The notes below the pieces were generated by a model that made no database searches, had not been told where the DNA came from, and saw only the letters and a list, made by a program, of their open reading frames with translations. A DNA stretch of 64,000 nucleotides from Lama glama (lineage: Eukaryota), in assembly GCA_028534125.1 (NCBI GenBank), contig CM052816.1, positions 82,150,001 through 82,214,000 on the forward strand, written 5' to 3'. Made by a program: the position numbers and the translations under genes. Of the stretch, positions 48,681 through 61,049 are shown in pieces; position 1 is the stretch's first letter, and each line of letters begins with the position of its first letter.

Positions 48681-49998
48681 AGAATGGCCATCATTCAAAA
48701 GTCCACAAATGATAAATGCTGAAGAGCACTGGAGAAAAGGGAACCCTCCTACACTGTTGGTGGGANNNNNNNNNNNNNNNNNNNNNNNNNNNNNNNNNNN
48801 NNNNNNNNNNNNNNNNNNNNNNNNNNNNNNNNNNNNNNNNNNNNNNNNNNNNNNNNNNNNNNNNNNNNNNNNNNNNNNNNNNNNNNNNNNNNNNNNNNNN
48901 NNNNNNNNNNNNNNNNNNNNNNNNNNNNNNNNNNNNNNNNNNNNNNNNNNNNNNNNNNNNNNNNNNNNNNNNNNNNNNNNNNNNNNNNNNNNNNNNNNNN
49001 NNNNNNNNNNNNNNNNNNNNNNNNNNNNNNNNNNNNNNNNNNNNNNNNNNNNNNNNNNNNNNNNNNNNNNNNNNNNNNNNNNNNNNNNNNNNNNNNNNNN
49101 NNNNNNNNNNNNNNNNNNNNNNNNNNNNNNNNNNNNNNNNNNNNNNNNNNNNNNNNNNNNNNNNNNNNNNNNNNNNNNNNNNNNNNNNNNNNNNNNNNNN
49201 NNNNNNNNNNNNNNNNNNNNNNNNNNNNNNNNNNNNNNNNNNNNNNNNNNNNNNNNNNNNNNNNNNNNNNNNNNNNNNNNNNNNNNNNNNNNNNNNNNNN
49301 NNNNNNNNNNNNNNNNNNNNNNNNNNNNNNNNNNNNNNNNNNNNNNNNNNNNNNNNNNNNNNNNNNNNNNNNNNNNNNNNNNNNNNNNNNNNNNNNNNNN
49401 NNNNNNAACCCTAATTCAAAAAGATACCTGCACCCCAGTGTTCATAGCAGCGCTATTTACAACAGCCAAGACATAGGAANNNNNNNNNNNNNNNNNNNNN
49501 NNNNNNNNNNNNNNNNNNNNNNNNNNNNNNNNNNNNNNNNNNNNNNNNNNNNNNNNNNNNNNNNNNNNNNNNNNNNNNNNNNNNNNNNNNNNNNNNNNNN
49601 NNNNNNNNNNNNNNNNNNNNNNNNNNNNNNNNNNNNNNNNNNNNNNNNNNNNNNNNNNNNNNNNAAAAAAAAAAGACAAACTTATTTATAAAACAGAAAC
49701 AGACTCACAGGCATAGAAAACAAACTTATGGTTACCAGGGGTGAAAGGGGATGGGAAGGGATAAATTGGGAGTTTGAGATTTGCAGATAGCAACTAATAT
49801 ATATAAAACAGGTAAACAATAAGTCTGTACTGTATAGCACAGGGAACTATATTTAATATCTTATAGTAACTTATGATGAAAAAGAATATGAAAACAAATA
49901 TGTGTATGTTCATATATGACTGAAGCATTATGCTGAACACCAGAAATTGATACAACATTGTAAACTGACTCTACTTCAATAAAAAAATATATATACAA
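48681..49998 (+). mobile_element. Young 5'-truncated L1 (camelid-type 3' UTR), mostly in N-gaps
   Basis: ORF2 C-terminal pieces (KGTLLHCWW; IQKDTCTPVFIAALFTTAKT), L1 3' UTR with AATAAA and an A-rich tail; candidate TSD AAAAGTGA at 48673-48680 and 49999-50006. Confidence 0.9.
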
Positions 49999-51594
49999 AA
50001 AAGTGAGGTCAAAACCAAGGCAGTTTCAAAAGATATTGACCCATGAGTGGATGTTTGTATAAAAATTTTATACAATGGGAGTGAAAATCAGCCATTTTAA
50101 AAGCACTCTGGGAATAAGTTCATGAGATGTGTAGTAGTAATTCAGATTCTAGGCAGGAAGGTCCTTGATGTCAGCTTTGGAATTAGGACAGTTTTTCTGG
50201 CTAGAAATCAAGAGGGGGCATGGAAATGCACAAAATTGTTGGAATAACATCAAAGTGATACCACTGAGTGGACCTGAGATAGAAATAATTTATATGTGGT
50301 TTAAGAGTGGAAGGATGCAGACATTATTTTAAGTGAAAAGTGATATGATATAATCAAGTTTGTGGAAGCATTTAGATCCAGGCTGAGGGGATGTACTTGC
50401 AGAGCAGTCCAGTGACAAATGGTGGCATACCTAAATCACTCAGTATGGAGTGACTGAGGGTGACAGCCACTAATGCAAAGGGAAGCCCTGTGCCTGCTGA
50501 CTGGACTTTGCACAGCAGTAAGTGAACTTAAATGGCTCAGGTGTTCAGAGGAGGAACACAGTCACGAGGAAAGAAGCTATTGTGTACCTGGTGGGGTTAG
50601 ACAAAGAGCAAAGGCACACACCATCCACATTTCTGGGAATGTTCAAGAATTAGGCTTCCCTTGTCTGGTTTGCATGTTTATTGGGCAGGAAATGATCTGT
50701 CAGTTTAATTTAGAACTTGTATTTTCAATGGAGCTGACATGGGGTTAAAAAAATCAATATAAGACTTGCAAGATAAAATAACGTTATCTTATTGACAGCT
50801 ATCAATAATGGATAATGAGGCCTTAGGTTGAACTTACTTGAACAAACAAGGACTTGAGGCTGTCAATAGATTATAAATGAAAATCTAATTATGTGGACTT
50901 GTTAACTTGGATTCCAGTCTTAGACATTAATGTAATTAATTCGTAGAAGAGTAGCAGTTTGAGTGTGACAAACCAAGCATATTTTGTTAATTTTTTCACA
51001 CATAGGTAGACTTTTAGAGAAGAATACCTTTCTCTTGTGCAAACAGAACCATTGCGAATGCATATATGATGTGTGAGCACATGTGCACGTGAGACAGATT
51101 TTTTTTTTTCAGTTTATGGGGCATCATTATAAATTTCCTGAGAAGAAAGGGAATACATATTGGTGAGGCAATCAAATAAAATTCAGATAGAAATAATTGA
51201 GTTTAAGATACTCAAGTTTGTCAGTATCAGTTCAAAATTAAAATAAATTTTTGTATTCTGTGAAAGTAAGGTCATTGTTAAAAGTTTCTATTTTTCCCTT
51301 GCTGTGGCTTAAAATACAAGAGCAAAAGCATAACCCCGTAGGGCTTTCCATTAGATTGCCTTTTCTATAAAATTAGGATCCTCAGAAAGGGAGAGGTAGA
51401 GAGAGACTTTTTAAAATTCTCTCTTCTGAAGTTTTACTCATAATGGCNNNNNNNNNNNNNNNNNNNNNNNNNNNNNNNNNNNNNNNNNNNNNNNNNNNNN
51501 NNNNNNNNNNNNNNNNNNNNNNNNNNNNNNNNNNNNNNNNNNNNNNNNNNNNNNNNNNNNNNNNNNNNNNNNNNNNNNNNNNNNNNNNNNNNNN

Positions 51595-52087
51595 GCAAGA
51601 GTAAAAAAAGCCAGTCTGAAAAGACTACACACTGTAGTCCAACTATTCGACACTCCAAGAGAGGCATAACTATAGAGACAGGAAAAGATAAGTGGTTTCT
51701 AGGAATTGGGGCAGGGAAGGTGGTGAGTTGGAGAAGAGGCACGAATAGACGGGAGAATAGGAGATTTGTAGGGCAGTGACGTTATTCTGTATGATGCTGT
51801 AATGGTGGATACATGACATTATGTGTTTGGGAAAACCCATCGAAGGTACCATGCAGAGAATGAACCCTAATGCAAACTACAGACTTTGGGTGATGATGAC
51901 ATGTCAATGTAGGTTCATGAATTGTAACAAATGTACCGCAATAATGCAGGATGTTAATAATAGGCAAAACTGTGTGTGTAGAGGGGGATTGGCGAATAGG
52001 TAAGTATATGGGAACTCTGTTCTTCTCTTCAGTTTTTCTGTAAACCTAACACTACTCTAAAACATGAAGTTTATTGATTTAAAAAAT
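51595..52087 (+). mobile_element. L1MC-type 3' end
   Basis: Typical L1MC1/2 3' UTR phrases (gtggatacatgacattatg, tgaaccctaatgcaaactacagactttgggtgatgatgacatgtcaatgtaggttcat, tatatgggaactctgt). Confidence 0.85.
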
Positions 52088-52144
52088 TATCTCTTAAAAA
52101 TTGGAGTTTGAAATAAAAACTTTCAATTCATGAGATTAAAGCTA

Positions 52145-53700
52145 CTCTGGGTGAACATATCCCATAAACCACCAGGATCTATCTTAGAAAGCCAGGTGGC
52201 TTTCTCTTTATATGTCTGCATTGACTTTCCATTTGGCCCAAAGCATTAATCCAGATATAGCAGGCCGAATTAGAGTTTGCATGGACTCTGCTTTGGCCCA
52301 CAAGGAGGATGTCTGGGGCAAGTCTGTCATTTGTGATGACCCTGGCCAGTGAGTTGAGACTGACATGAATATACTCCAGGGCTGAGGTGGTGCCATAGAT
52401 CACTTAAGTCAAGTATAAATTTTGTACAAATTTTCTAATTGGATGGCTCCCATCATAGGATAACTGTCCAGGAGTCCACATAAATGGCAAATCAGTTATA
52501 CAGTTATTCCTCCAGGAAATTCTCCTGAGTAACCAAGGCCCTCCTCAGTTTGAAAAGATCTTCACAGCCATCTCTGGCTACATAATCCTAACATTTGCAG
52601 TCTCTTATGCCCACCCCTCAGGTGCAAGTCAAGGTGTTTTTAGTAGGGAGGCAGGTAAAGTTTGGCTTCCTCACAAGCAGTACAGTCCTGGGAGAACATG
52701 TAGTGCCTTTGGAAAGAAAGTGGCCTTTCCACTTGTTGGGCCCTCCCAAGTGACACTTACATTGGCCACAGAGAACGGATTGACAGTGCCTCCAATGTGG
52801 TCTTCTGGCTGGCTGCTAAGTCTTAGGGGGTCCCAGTTCAGTTTGAATAATTGAGTCTAGTCCTTGATTTCAGAAGGAATGACTGAGGACAGTCAGTTAT
52901 GTATTTCCTGTTTACACCACTAGCCAGGTGGCATTTTCCTGGGAAAGAGGGGAGGGAAAGGCATCGGGAGATACTAACAGATATTTCACATGGGAGGTTC
53001 AGGATCTGGGGCCATTCTGCAGTTTCTGATAGACTTCTCAGCAGGGGGAACTATGCGCAAATTATAGTAAGAACCATTTAGCAGGGGATGGAAGGCGCTG
53101 CCAGTCAGCTAAATTTAAGGAGCTTACAACAGTTTGGGAGAACTGTACTGTGGCATTTCCCTTCTTGTGGAAGGTTCCAGGCATGACACTTCTTTGTCTG
53201 CACTTGCAGGGTCTGAGATGCTCCCTTTCCAGGTGTCTGAGTTGTTGCTCTCTCTCCACTGCCACGAAGTTGTTACATCTTCTTCAAGTAACTTTACCTT
53301 TTCCTAAGCATCCTCTACTTACTCCCGGACCTTTCATTCAGAAATGTGAAGCGTAGGAGAGGTGAAACATCATTATAAAACTTAGAGAAGCCCCCAAATG
53401 CCCAACCTTAACCCACTAAGCCATTGTAGGGGTACTCATAGAGGTCATTATTGTTACATTCTAAGATCATTAGACCATAGTGGTCATTTTTCTTAAGATG
53501 TAAGATAATGTCAATTTAAAAAAAGAATCCAGGTGACTGAGCTAGAATCTAGTTTTAATCCCCTAACATCCTTTTGGTTGGGCTGTCATCCAGAGAATAT
53601 AAGAACCAGCTTGACTTGGGGTTACTGTCAGAAAAAAGAATCATGCCCAGGAATGGTCAAGGCAGTGTTTTGAATTTTCAAAATTAAGTCCATATAAATC
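52145..53700 (-). mobile_element. Decayed endogenous retrovirus internal fragment: probable pol 3' end plus env (SU-TM)
   Basis: Collinear minus-strand env motifs: NATVQFSQTVVSSLNLADW (~53157-53101), GLYCL*GS..TCLPTKNTLTCT (~52688-52622), KLRR cleavage-like site (52551-52540), SLNSLARVITNDRLAPDILLVGQSRVHANSNSACYIWINALGQME (ORF 52179..52403), then after a frameshift KEKATWLSKIDPGGLWDMF. The upper boundary (53200-53700) is less certain. Confidence 0.85.
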
Positions 53701-55959
53701 CCACTACCCCTTTGTCTTGATCATTACCCAGGGGTAATTATTCCTTGTTTTATATTACTTCAATATTACTTGTATTTTTCACAAGTCATATTGAATAGTT
53801 ACTCTCTCTCTACATGTCTGTTACCCCAAGAAAACAGTAATTTCTTTAAGGCAAAAATTTTTTGTCTTTGCCTTTGCATTTCTAAGTTTAGAGCCTAGGA
53901 AGATACTTAGTACTGCAGAAGGCTCTCAAGAAGACGTTTCTTAACTAGAATTCATTTGTGAAAGATGGACTATGATACTACCATTCAAATTAATGGTGCA
54001 TTGTGTAAAATACACAGAATCTGATTAAAAGGAAATGATTATTGATTCATTATGTGTGGAGGAAACAATAGGTTTGGGGATAAATATTATGTATTTCTTT
54101 AAAAATTCTATCATTGTGCATTATTTCAGGAAAAATTCAATAAAAGTCTAGGAGATTAATGTATGTTCCTTGTGGGTTCCCCCCATTGCATTAAGCTATT
54201 TAGTATAGTTTTGACATTTAATAGCTATCTATAGAATTATCTGATTGGATTATATTAATTTTTTGGTCTTAATGATGCTTATCAAATTAGTTCATTAAAG
54301 TGACAAACATTAGACTAAGTTTCAAAGTGCCTACCTGAGATGAATGACAACTTCACGAAACTAAAGAAAAAGAGTGAAATAGTTTAAAAAAAGTTTGAAC
54401 CGGTTTCCTCAAGCTTTGTTGAAATATCTTGTGGTGAGTTTGGACAACAGTGGGAAAGGGGTTCTGGTACTCTGCTCTAAGTGCTGATGTGCTTAGTATT
54501 CAGAGAAGTTCAGCCAACCAATTTTAAAACGTCTACATGAGAAGAGAGGAGTTGCTGAGGACAAGCAGTGAATGCTCTGTGAATGGCTTCCGTAATAACA
54601 AGCTTGTCTCTGAATCCTTGGTAACTCAATGGCATGCTTTACTTACTACCTTTCAAGTCTGAGTTACTGCTTTCCTGCTGGCCTGCAAGGCTCACCTTCC
54701 CTTGTTTTTCTTCTCATTTCTTCTGAATGCACTCCCCAGGAAGTGAAAGTTACAACTTGCCTGGAATGACATTCCAGAGCCTTTAGATTTTAGGGACAGA
54801 AGGAATGTATTCAGAAGCTTCCTGCTTGGTGATGACACCCTTTGTTCTTTTGTGCATATCCTAAGTGAACTTTGCTCCAGACAAATTAGTGTAGGGCAAG
54901 GCGTTAAAAAGAGGAGATTCCAAGAGAGACACATAATGCAGGAAAAGGGACACTTGTTCATTTCCTTTTAGGTCCTTATTTTTCGCCAAACATTTATCAT
55001 TATTACCTTTAATTCCTCCTTATAATTACTGTAGTAATTCACAGTTTTAAGTTTGTGGTAAGTATAAAATTGCTTTTGTCCTTTCACTGAAGTTTTTAAA
55101 TATTGGTCACCTTTAGGGACAAGAAATCCTTTTATTTAATAGGGGAACAACTGGATCAGCATGTCTGCTTAGATTTTTTACTATCTGGAATTTGAGGCAA
55201 CACTATAGATGTTATAGATCTATTGAATTATGCTCAATTACAAAATCTCACCTGTGAAAATCTTAATTCATTAAGCAAAACTACCTTTCCAGGGTCTGAT
55301 TCAATAGAATATCAATGTTACTTATTTATTTATTTTCCTGGAGAGGTATTCCCTGACCAGTACATTATTAAAATGACACATCACACTTGTTATAGTAGAC
55401 TGTGTATATGTCTGGTCTTTCAGTGACTGAAGGGAAAAAGAAGAAAGTTACATTTGTACCCTGGTTTACCCATTATCTAGCCCAGTCCTTGGTACACTGG
55501 GAACACATTATCCATTGCTTGTTGGATTGAATAGAAGTAAATCCTTGTCTTACTATAAGTTTAGGATTACTTCATTTTATTACATATATGGAAGATAAAT
55601 TGATATAATGATCTCATTCATGAATAATAATTTCTCTTCTTAAATAAAGATTGTAGTCCAGGCTTTTCTCTTCTTGTTTTGTAAAATAATAGTGTTCTAA
55701 GTTACTGCTTCTGGTACTTTGATTCTTAATGGACAGCACAGTCAGGCTTATCTTTAAGAAATACCTCTCCTATTATGTCTTTTATCTTAAGCTCAAATCC
55801 CTGTAAATCTCCCCATTAGGAAGGGTTAACTGGACCATTTTGCAGTCCTGCTAGTGCCTAGCATGGCACTATTGCAGTTACTCAATGGCTGCTGATTAAC
55901 TGGGAGATGACAGCCTGAAGGTGGTTCTCACGTTGGGCTGCGGAGCTCTACTTGTAGCC

Positions 55960-56430
55960 GCATCTTGTTAAATTCATGTTTCAATGATGTGCTTGAATAC
56001 ATAGAAGGTATGCTTATCGGATTTGCAAATGACCTGAGGCAGAGATGGATAGCCAATGTACTAGATGACAGAATCAAAATCTGAAAACATTTGACAAGCT
56101 TCCTTTAACAGGATGCAATTTAATAGAAATAAAAGTAAAGGACTATCTTAAAAAACAACAAGAGCAGCAAATCCCTCCCTGCTGAGTAAGTGCATCCAGA
56201 AGAGTCTCAGGAAGGATCATCGGTGATCGGGCAGCCACACAGGCCAGTGGAGCCATAGACTTCTTTGGAGAAGAGAAGGAAGGAGGTGAAGGTCACTGTC
56301 ACCCCATCGGCATTGACATTGGCAATGGTCAGACCCCATCCAAAGTCTTGTGTGCAATTCTAGATTCTGTATTTTCAGAGGGATACAGACAAATTGGAAC
56401 GTAGTAAGAGAATGCCAAAGGGTCTTAAAT
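55960..56430 (+). mobile_element. L3/CR1 reverse-transcriptase-region fragment
   Basis: catagaaggtatgcttatcggatttgcaaatgac (FADD-motif remnant), gatagccaatgtactagatgacagaatcaaaat, tggtcagaccccat, agagggatacagacaaattggaac. Confidence 0.8.
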
Positions 56431-59400
56431 CTAACTTCTTTTTCGCAATGAGTCTGAAAAATAGTTTTGTAACTAACCTGGAAAAATGTAATTACTTTGT
56501 CAAGTTAAAAAAAGATAAACAAGAGTTGTGATACTAATGTATCTGCCTCTTCTCCCTGTGTTTCTTTTCTGTAAAAAGGCAGTTATTCATTAGACTTGTG
56601 ATGTGCTATCACATATTTTTAAAGGTCTACCCATGTTTTTGACTGGTGGCCTTCAAAATGCTTTCCCACTACATTGAGAACAGTTGAAAAGCTGCTGAAC
56701 ATGACACACCACGAGGCTTTCGTGTCACCCTCAGAGTTTCAGGACCGTAACTTCTGTCAAACAGTTTCCCTCCATGTCATACATTTGCATATTTAAATTC
56801 AAGAAAACCCATTCAAAACAGTGAAATTAAGTAATAATTGAAGTGGATACTAGACACCTCAGCACAAAAGGATTTATTTTGGTATATTTTTAGGGCTTGG
56901 TACAACACACTGGTACAAAAATACTAAATCACCAGAAAAAAAATTGGTAGTGTTGTAAAGGATGTGAGAAGGAAGAAAAGAACAAAGGACTTTTCTCCAA
57001 TCAAATGCAAATGAAAATGACCTGCAAGATTCTGAAAACAGTCTCTCTCCTGACAATGAACATTTTCATGCGGTGAAATCCATTTTTGAGACTCATTAGC
57101 AAGCGCTGTGATCTTACTTATTTTCTATAGCAGCGTCTGGTTCTTTCAGACTGATTAGGGGACCTCTGATGTGGGAGAGCGAATCTCTGAACTACCCCAG
57201 GTATTTCTGTAATTGGTTATCATGCTTAATTACAAATGTTTCAGCACAATCAATTTATTCTGGAGCAGATTTTCCTTGCCTTTCCACTGCTGTTCCTGCC
57301 AGTGCTCTTTTCTGTTTTTAGAGAGAGAAAGGAAGAAGGGAGAGGGACGGAGGGAGAGAGAGACAGAACACAAATTAACCTTCTCCTGTGGGGTTTTCTT
57401 TTCTTCTTCTTCTTCTTTTTTTTTTTTTTGGTTCTAAAAAAAGGAAGATTAATGGATTAATGGATTCATTCAAGGTATTTATCAATAGTAATCGTTGAAA
57501 ATGAAAAAAATGGAGACGTGTGTGTATTAGTTTGTACTGAGGTCACTCATTGCAAACTGTTACCAATCTTTTCTGATTCTTTTATTTCCATTAACTGGAG
57601 CTGGGAGCTGAAGTTCTGCTCTCTCATCTTTCTCACCCTGCCACGGTGCTGGCTGACCTTCATGTATTCAATCCACTTGCTCCTGAGCTCGTCAGAAATA
57701 AATGGACTAGAATAGAACAGAATGTGGCTCCACATTGTGCTATTCAGTGTCCGGCTATCCTGAAGACCTGAGCAAGTGGCGAGTTGTTGCTAGTGTCTCA
57801 GCTGCAGATGGGGCACACATTACATTCTCCACAGTCTCTCATTTACAGCCCGGGGCATTCCGGAGTCAAATAATGGGAGGTGGGGACTCTGGTCAGGACA
57901 CAGGCATCCTGCCTCCTGCCTCAGCCCTTCTGTGAGGATCTGCGTGAACTTTGCAGCACCAAAGAGAGATGGCAAGACCCCAAATTTAAAATATTATGAT
58001 TAGAATGTGATTTAAGAAAATGTGGACATTTTTTTCCAGGCTGTCCCGGCTGGACACTGCACATCACCGGGGAGCTGCCACCTATTAAGAAGTGTCTTCT
58101 ACCTCTGCTGCTACAGATGCTCTCGGCACAAAAGCAAAACATGCATTACCTGATGCCAACTATGATTTCTGTCTAGGACTTTCAGATTTAGAGAGTGCTG
58201 TTTATCATCTTGAAAGTTAAAGTAAATCTTCAAATAAAGGGAATTCTAAAAGAAATTCCTACTGGTAAAGGATGAGAGAGATGAGATTTGATCCAGTTTG
58301 ATTTCCCATGGTGAAATTTACTGGGTATTCATGGGAACTTACAAAAAAAATGGTGCTAGAAGGGGTCCTTGAGATAATTTAGGCTGACTTACTCATTTGC
58401 AGATGACAGAAATCAAGAGAAGTCAAGTGACTTTTTCCAGTGTCTGTTATTGGCAGAACTAAAACCAGAATCTAGCTTTACTCCAAGTGTGGAACCTGCT
58501 TGACAGAAAAACAAGTTTTGTGTTTTCTCTGTATTCCCAACAAACAGCGTGCTCTTTACATCACCAGTTTTCTGTCCTTATGGTGTGATTTCATCTTGCT
58601 TTTGTTGTGATGATAGGAATTACTGATTGTAACACAGAGTATAATAAATTATAAGGAGTGACATTTTTCAATATTTATTTCAGAATCTAATGAAACTGTC
58701 CTTGATTTTTGAACATCTGAGTATGTAGAGAAAGCACGTTTCTTCTGTGGCAAAGATATCTATTTTACAGTTCCTAGTATTTACTATCAGCACTTCAGTA
58801 AACTTCTGTAAATCATTATCTGGGGTGAGAATTAATTTTAAGAAAAGTAGCCATTGGCAACGTTCACATAAATGTGTGAGAAAAACATTCCAAATGGAGA
58901 TTTTATAGTTACTGAAGGAAAAGCTCTTCTGTTACATTAGAGCTGCCAAAAGAATTCAGAATTCGAAAGATCCAAATGACAGCAAAGCAGATTGAAGCTG
59001 CTCTTCCCTCTACATTCTCCTTTCTTTATGCATTCAGGGCTCTGCTTCAAGAAAACTTATATGCAAGGGGTGCAGAACAGATCCAATTATACAGAGCTTC
59101 AGCTAATGTCTGACGCTTTAAGTACTTTTCAGAATTTCTGTAGATCGCTATATAGCCGTCTCTCAATTTCTCAGAGTAATGAGGAAAGTCTTGGAATACA
59201 TTACCCCAAAATCCATAGAATGAAGTAATTAGTATTCATTACCAATTTTATTTCAATGGCTAATTGCACTTCACACTCATGTACTGATACAGAAAAAAAC
59301 TGGACAGTCGAGTAGCATCTACTATCATTTATTGTATGGATATGGAAAGAACAGTTGAAGGGAAGTTTTTGCTGCTCTAAGAGACTGCACAATTTTGCTT

Positions 59401-59887
59401 GTAGTTTGATAGAGTGCTGTGGCCCATTCAAAACCGGACCTGACACCAGTGAGTGGAATGCGGGGAGAGGAGGTTTTTGAGAGGTAGATAGATGCCCATC
59501 AAGTTTGAAGGTGGCCATGGGAGGAGGTAGTGGTGGTTATTTGTATGTGTATGTATGCATTGTGACATTACCATGGGTCTAAAGGGGCATGAGCCAAAGT
59601 TCCAGAAACTTTGGCTGAGTGTCTACTGAGGATAATGAACTGGGAAAATCTGTTTGAGGGACATGCTTCTAGATTTCCTACTCTGAGTCTTAGGAGACAG
59701 AAGACTCCACTAACCTTTGCTCGAAAACGCCAGAGGGTGTCCATAAAATTAACTCTTATTTCATTCTTGCCTCCCTTGCGTTACCACATAAACAGAATGA
59801 GAAAAAAGGAATACAGCTGATATTTTCACTCATGGAAAATGTCTGGAGCCCTCTTATAAGCCAGGCACTGTAGTAGGAGCTTTTGCT

Positions 59888-60325
59888 TGTATATTAGGGC
59901 CTAAGTAAGAAATAGAAAGCACACTAAAAATGAAAATTTGGGAAGGAAATAATCATAGGACAATTTAAAAATGTGTGGGTATTGTATAGAAAAACCATAA
60001 GGACTTATGAGAGTACAAGTAGAATTAGAATGGCTTCGTGACTCTCAGACCTGAGGGGCAGACAGAACTCAGGGAGAGAGAAGATTGACTGTCAGGTGTC
60101 AGCTCAATAGAGGGATACAGTCAGTGGGCAGTAAGCCTTTAGAAGAAGAACTTTCCCCCACCCCAGCTCTCCTTCCTCCATCACATCTCTTGCTGGGGCT
60201 TTCTATTGGCTGAACTCAATCAGAAACCAGAAGAGAAGGAAGCTCCTTGGTGCAGTCCTGTATGGGTCACCGTTCTGGTAGATCAGGGTGCAGAAGGGGA
60301 GTCAAAAAGAAAGAGAATATACTGA
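59888..60325 (-). mobile_element. LTR33-family (ERVL) solo LTR
   Basis: ctattggctgaactcaatcagaaaccagaagagaaggaagctccttggtgcagtcc is the reverse complement of the LTR33 core. Confidence 0.7.
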
Positions 60326-60386
60326 GAATGCTGAGAATGCATGCTTTCTCTCATTTCATTACTCAAACAGCCCAGGGTGGGTAGTA

Positions 60387-60843
60387 TGTAGCAGGATTTT
60401 TAGTTACAAACAACAGAAACCAACTTCAGCTGGCTTAGGAAAGAACAGATATTGAGAGCCTTCTGGAATCCCTGGGGTCCCTGGAAAACCTGCTTCCAGA
60501 AGGATACCACTGCTCCTTCCCCTTGAGTTATATCATAAACCCCACTGCTGCTACTCCAGCAACTGCTGAAGCTGCCTTCACAGCCAGAGAGTCTTCCTCA
60601 TGGACCCTTTTCCTTGTTTCAGCTACTGATTCAGAACTGAGGTGTATGCCTGCCACTGGTAGAATCTGGGGCTCTTAGCTGAGCTTTCCTTCAAAAGATG
60701 GTGCAAGAGTGAGTATGTGGCATTATTAGGTGTCTTTAGAAGGGCAGTGGCTCTCACAAGTATTTTTATGTGAGGAATTCTCCAAATTTAGGAATGAGTT
60801 TCTAGTAATGGGTGGCTAAAGAGCATGTCAGATACCTACCACA
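60387..60843 (-). mobile_element. Old MLT1 (MaLR) LTR
   Basis: tttagttacaaacaacagaaaccaacttcagctggcttag start and ...taccaca end; it sits inside a MIR that resumes at 60845-60970. Confidence 0.6.
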
Positions 60844-61049
60844 TGTAGGTTTTATTATCTCCATTTTGCAGATGAAGATCTGAGGTTCAGAGAGGCTAAA
60901 AAACTCATCAAATCAATAGCTTTAGTTGAGAATCAAAGCTCAAATGCAGGTTTTTGCTGTTTCTACTATGTCAAAAATTCTCTCTAGTCTCTCAGATAAT
61001 TTAATCTGAGTTTTCACTTTAGTGAATTTTTTCTTTTTAAGACAGCAGT

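Noticed and set aside
48709-49679. Long ORFs of 232-255 aa (also those at 16.0-16.4, 17.3, 28.2, 38.0 and 51.4 kb)
   Set aside because: Artefacts of translating through N-gaps; the real residues at 48.7-49.5 kb are L1 ORF2 remnants.
53700-60325. LTR33 at 59.9-60.3 kb as the 5' LTR of the env-bearing ERV fragment (same strand, ~6 kb upstream)
   Set aside because: The intervening DNA contains L2, L3 and MIR relics that are older than such ERVs, and I see no gag/pol remnants, so they are unlikely to be one provirus.
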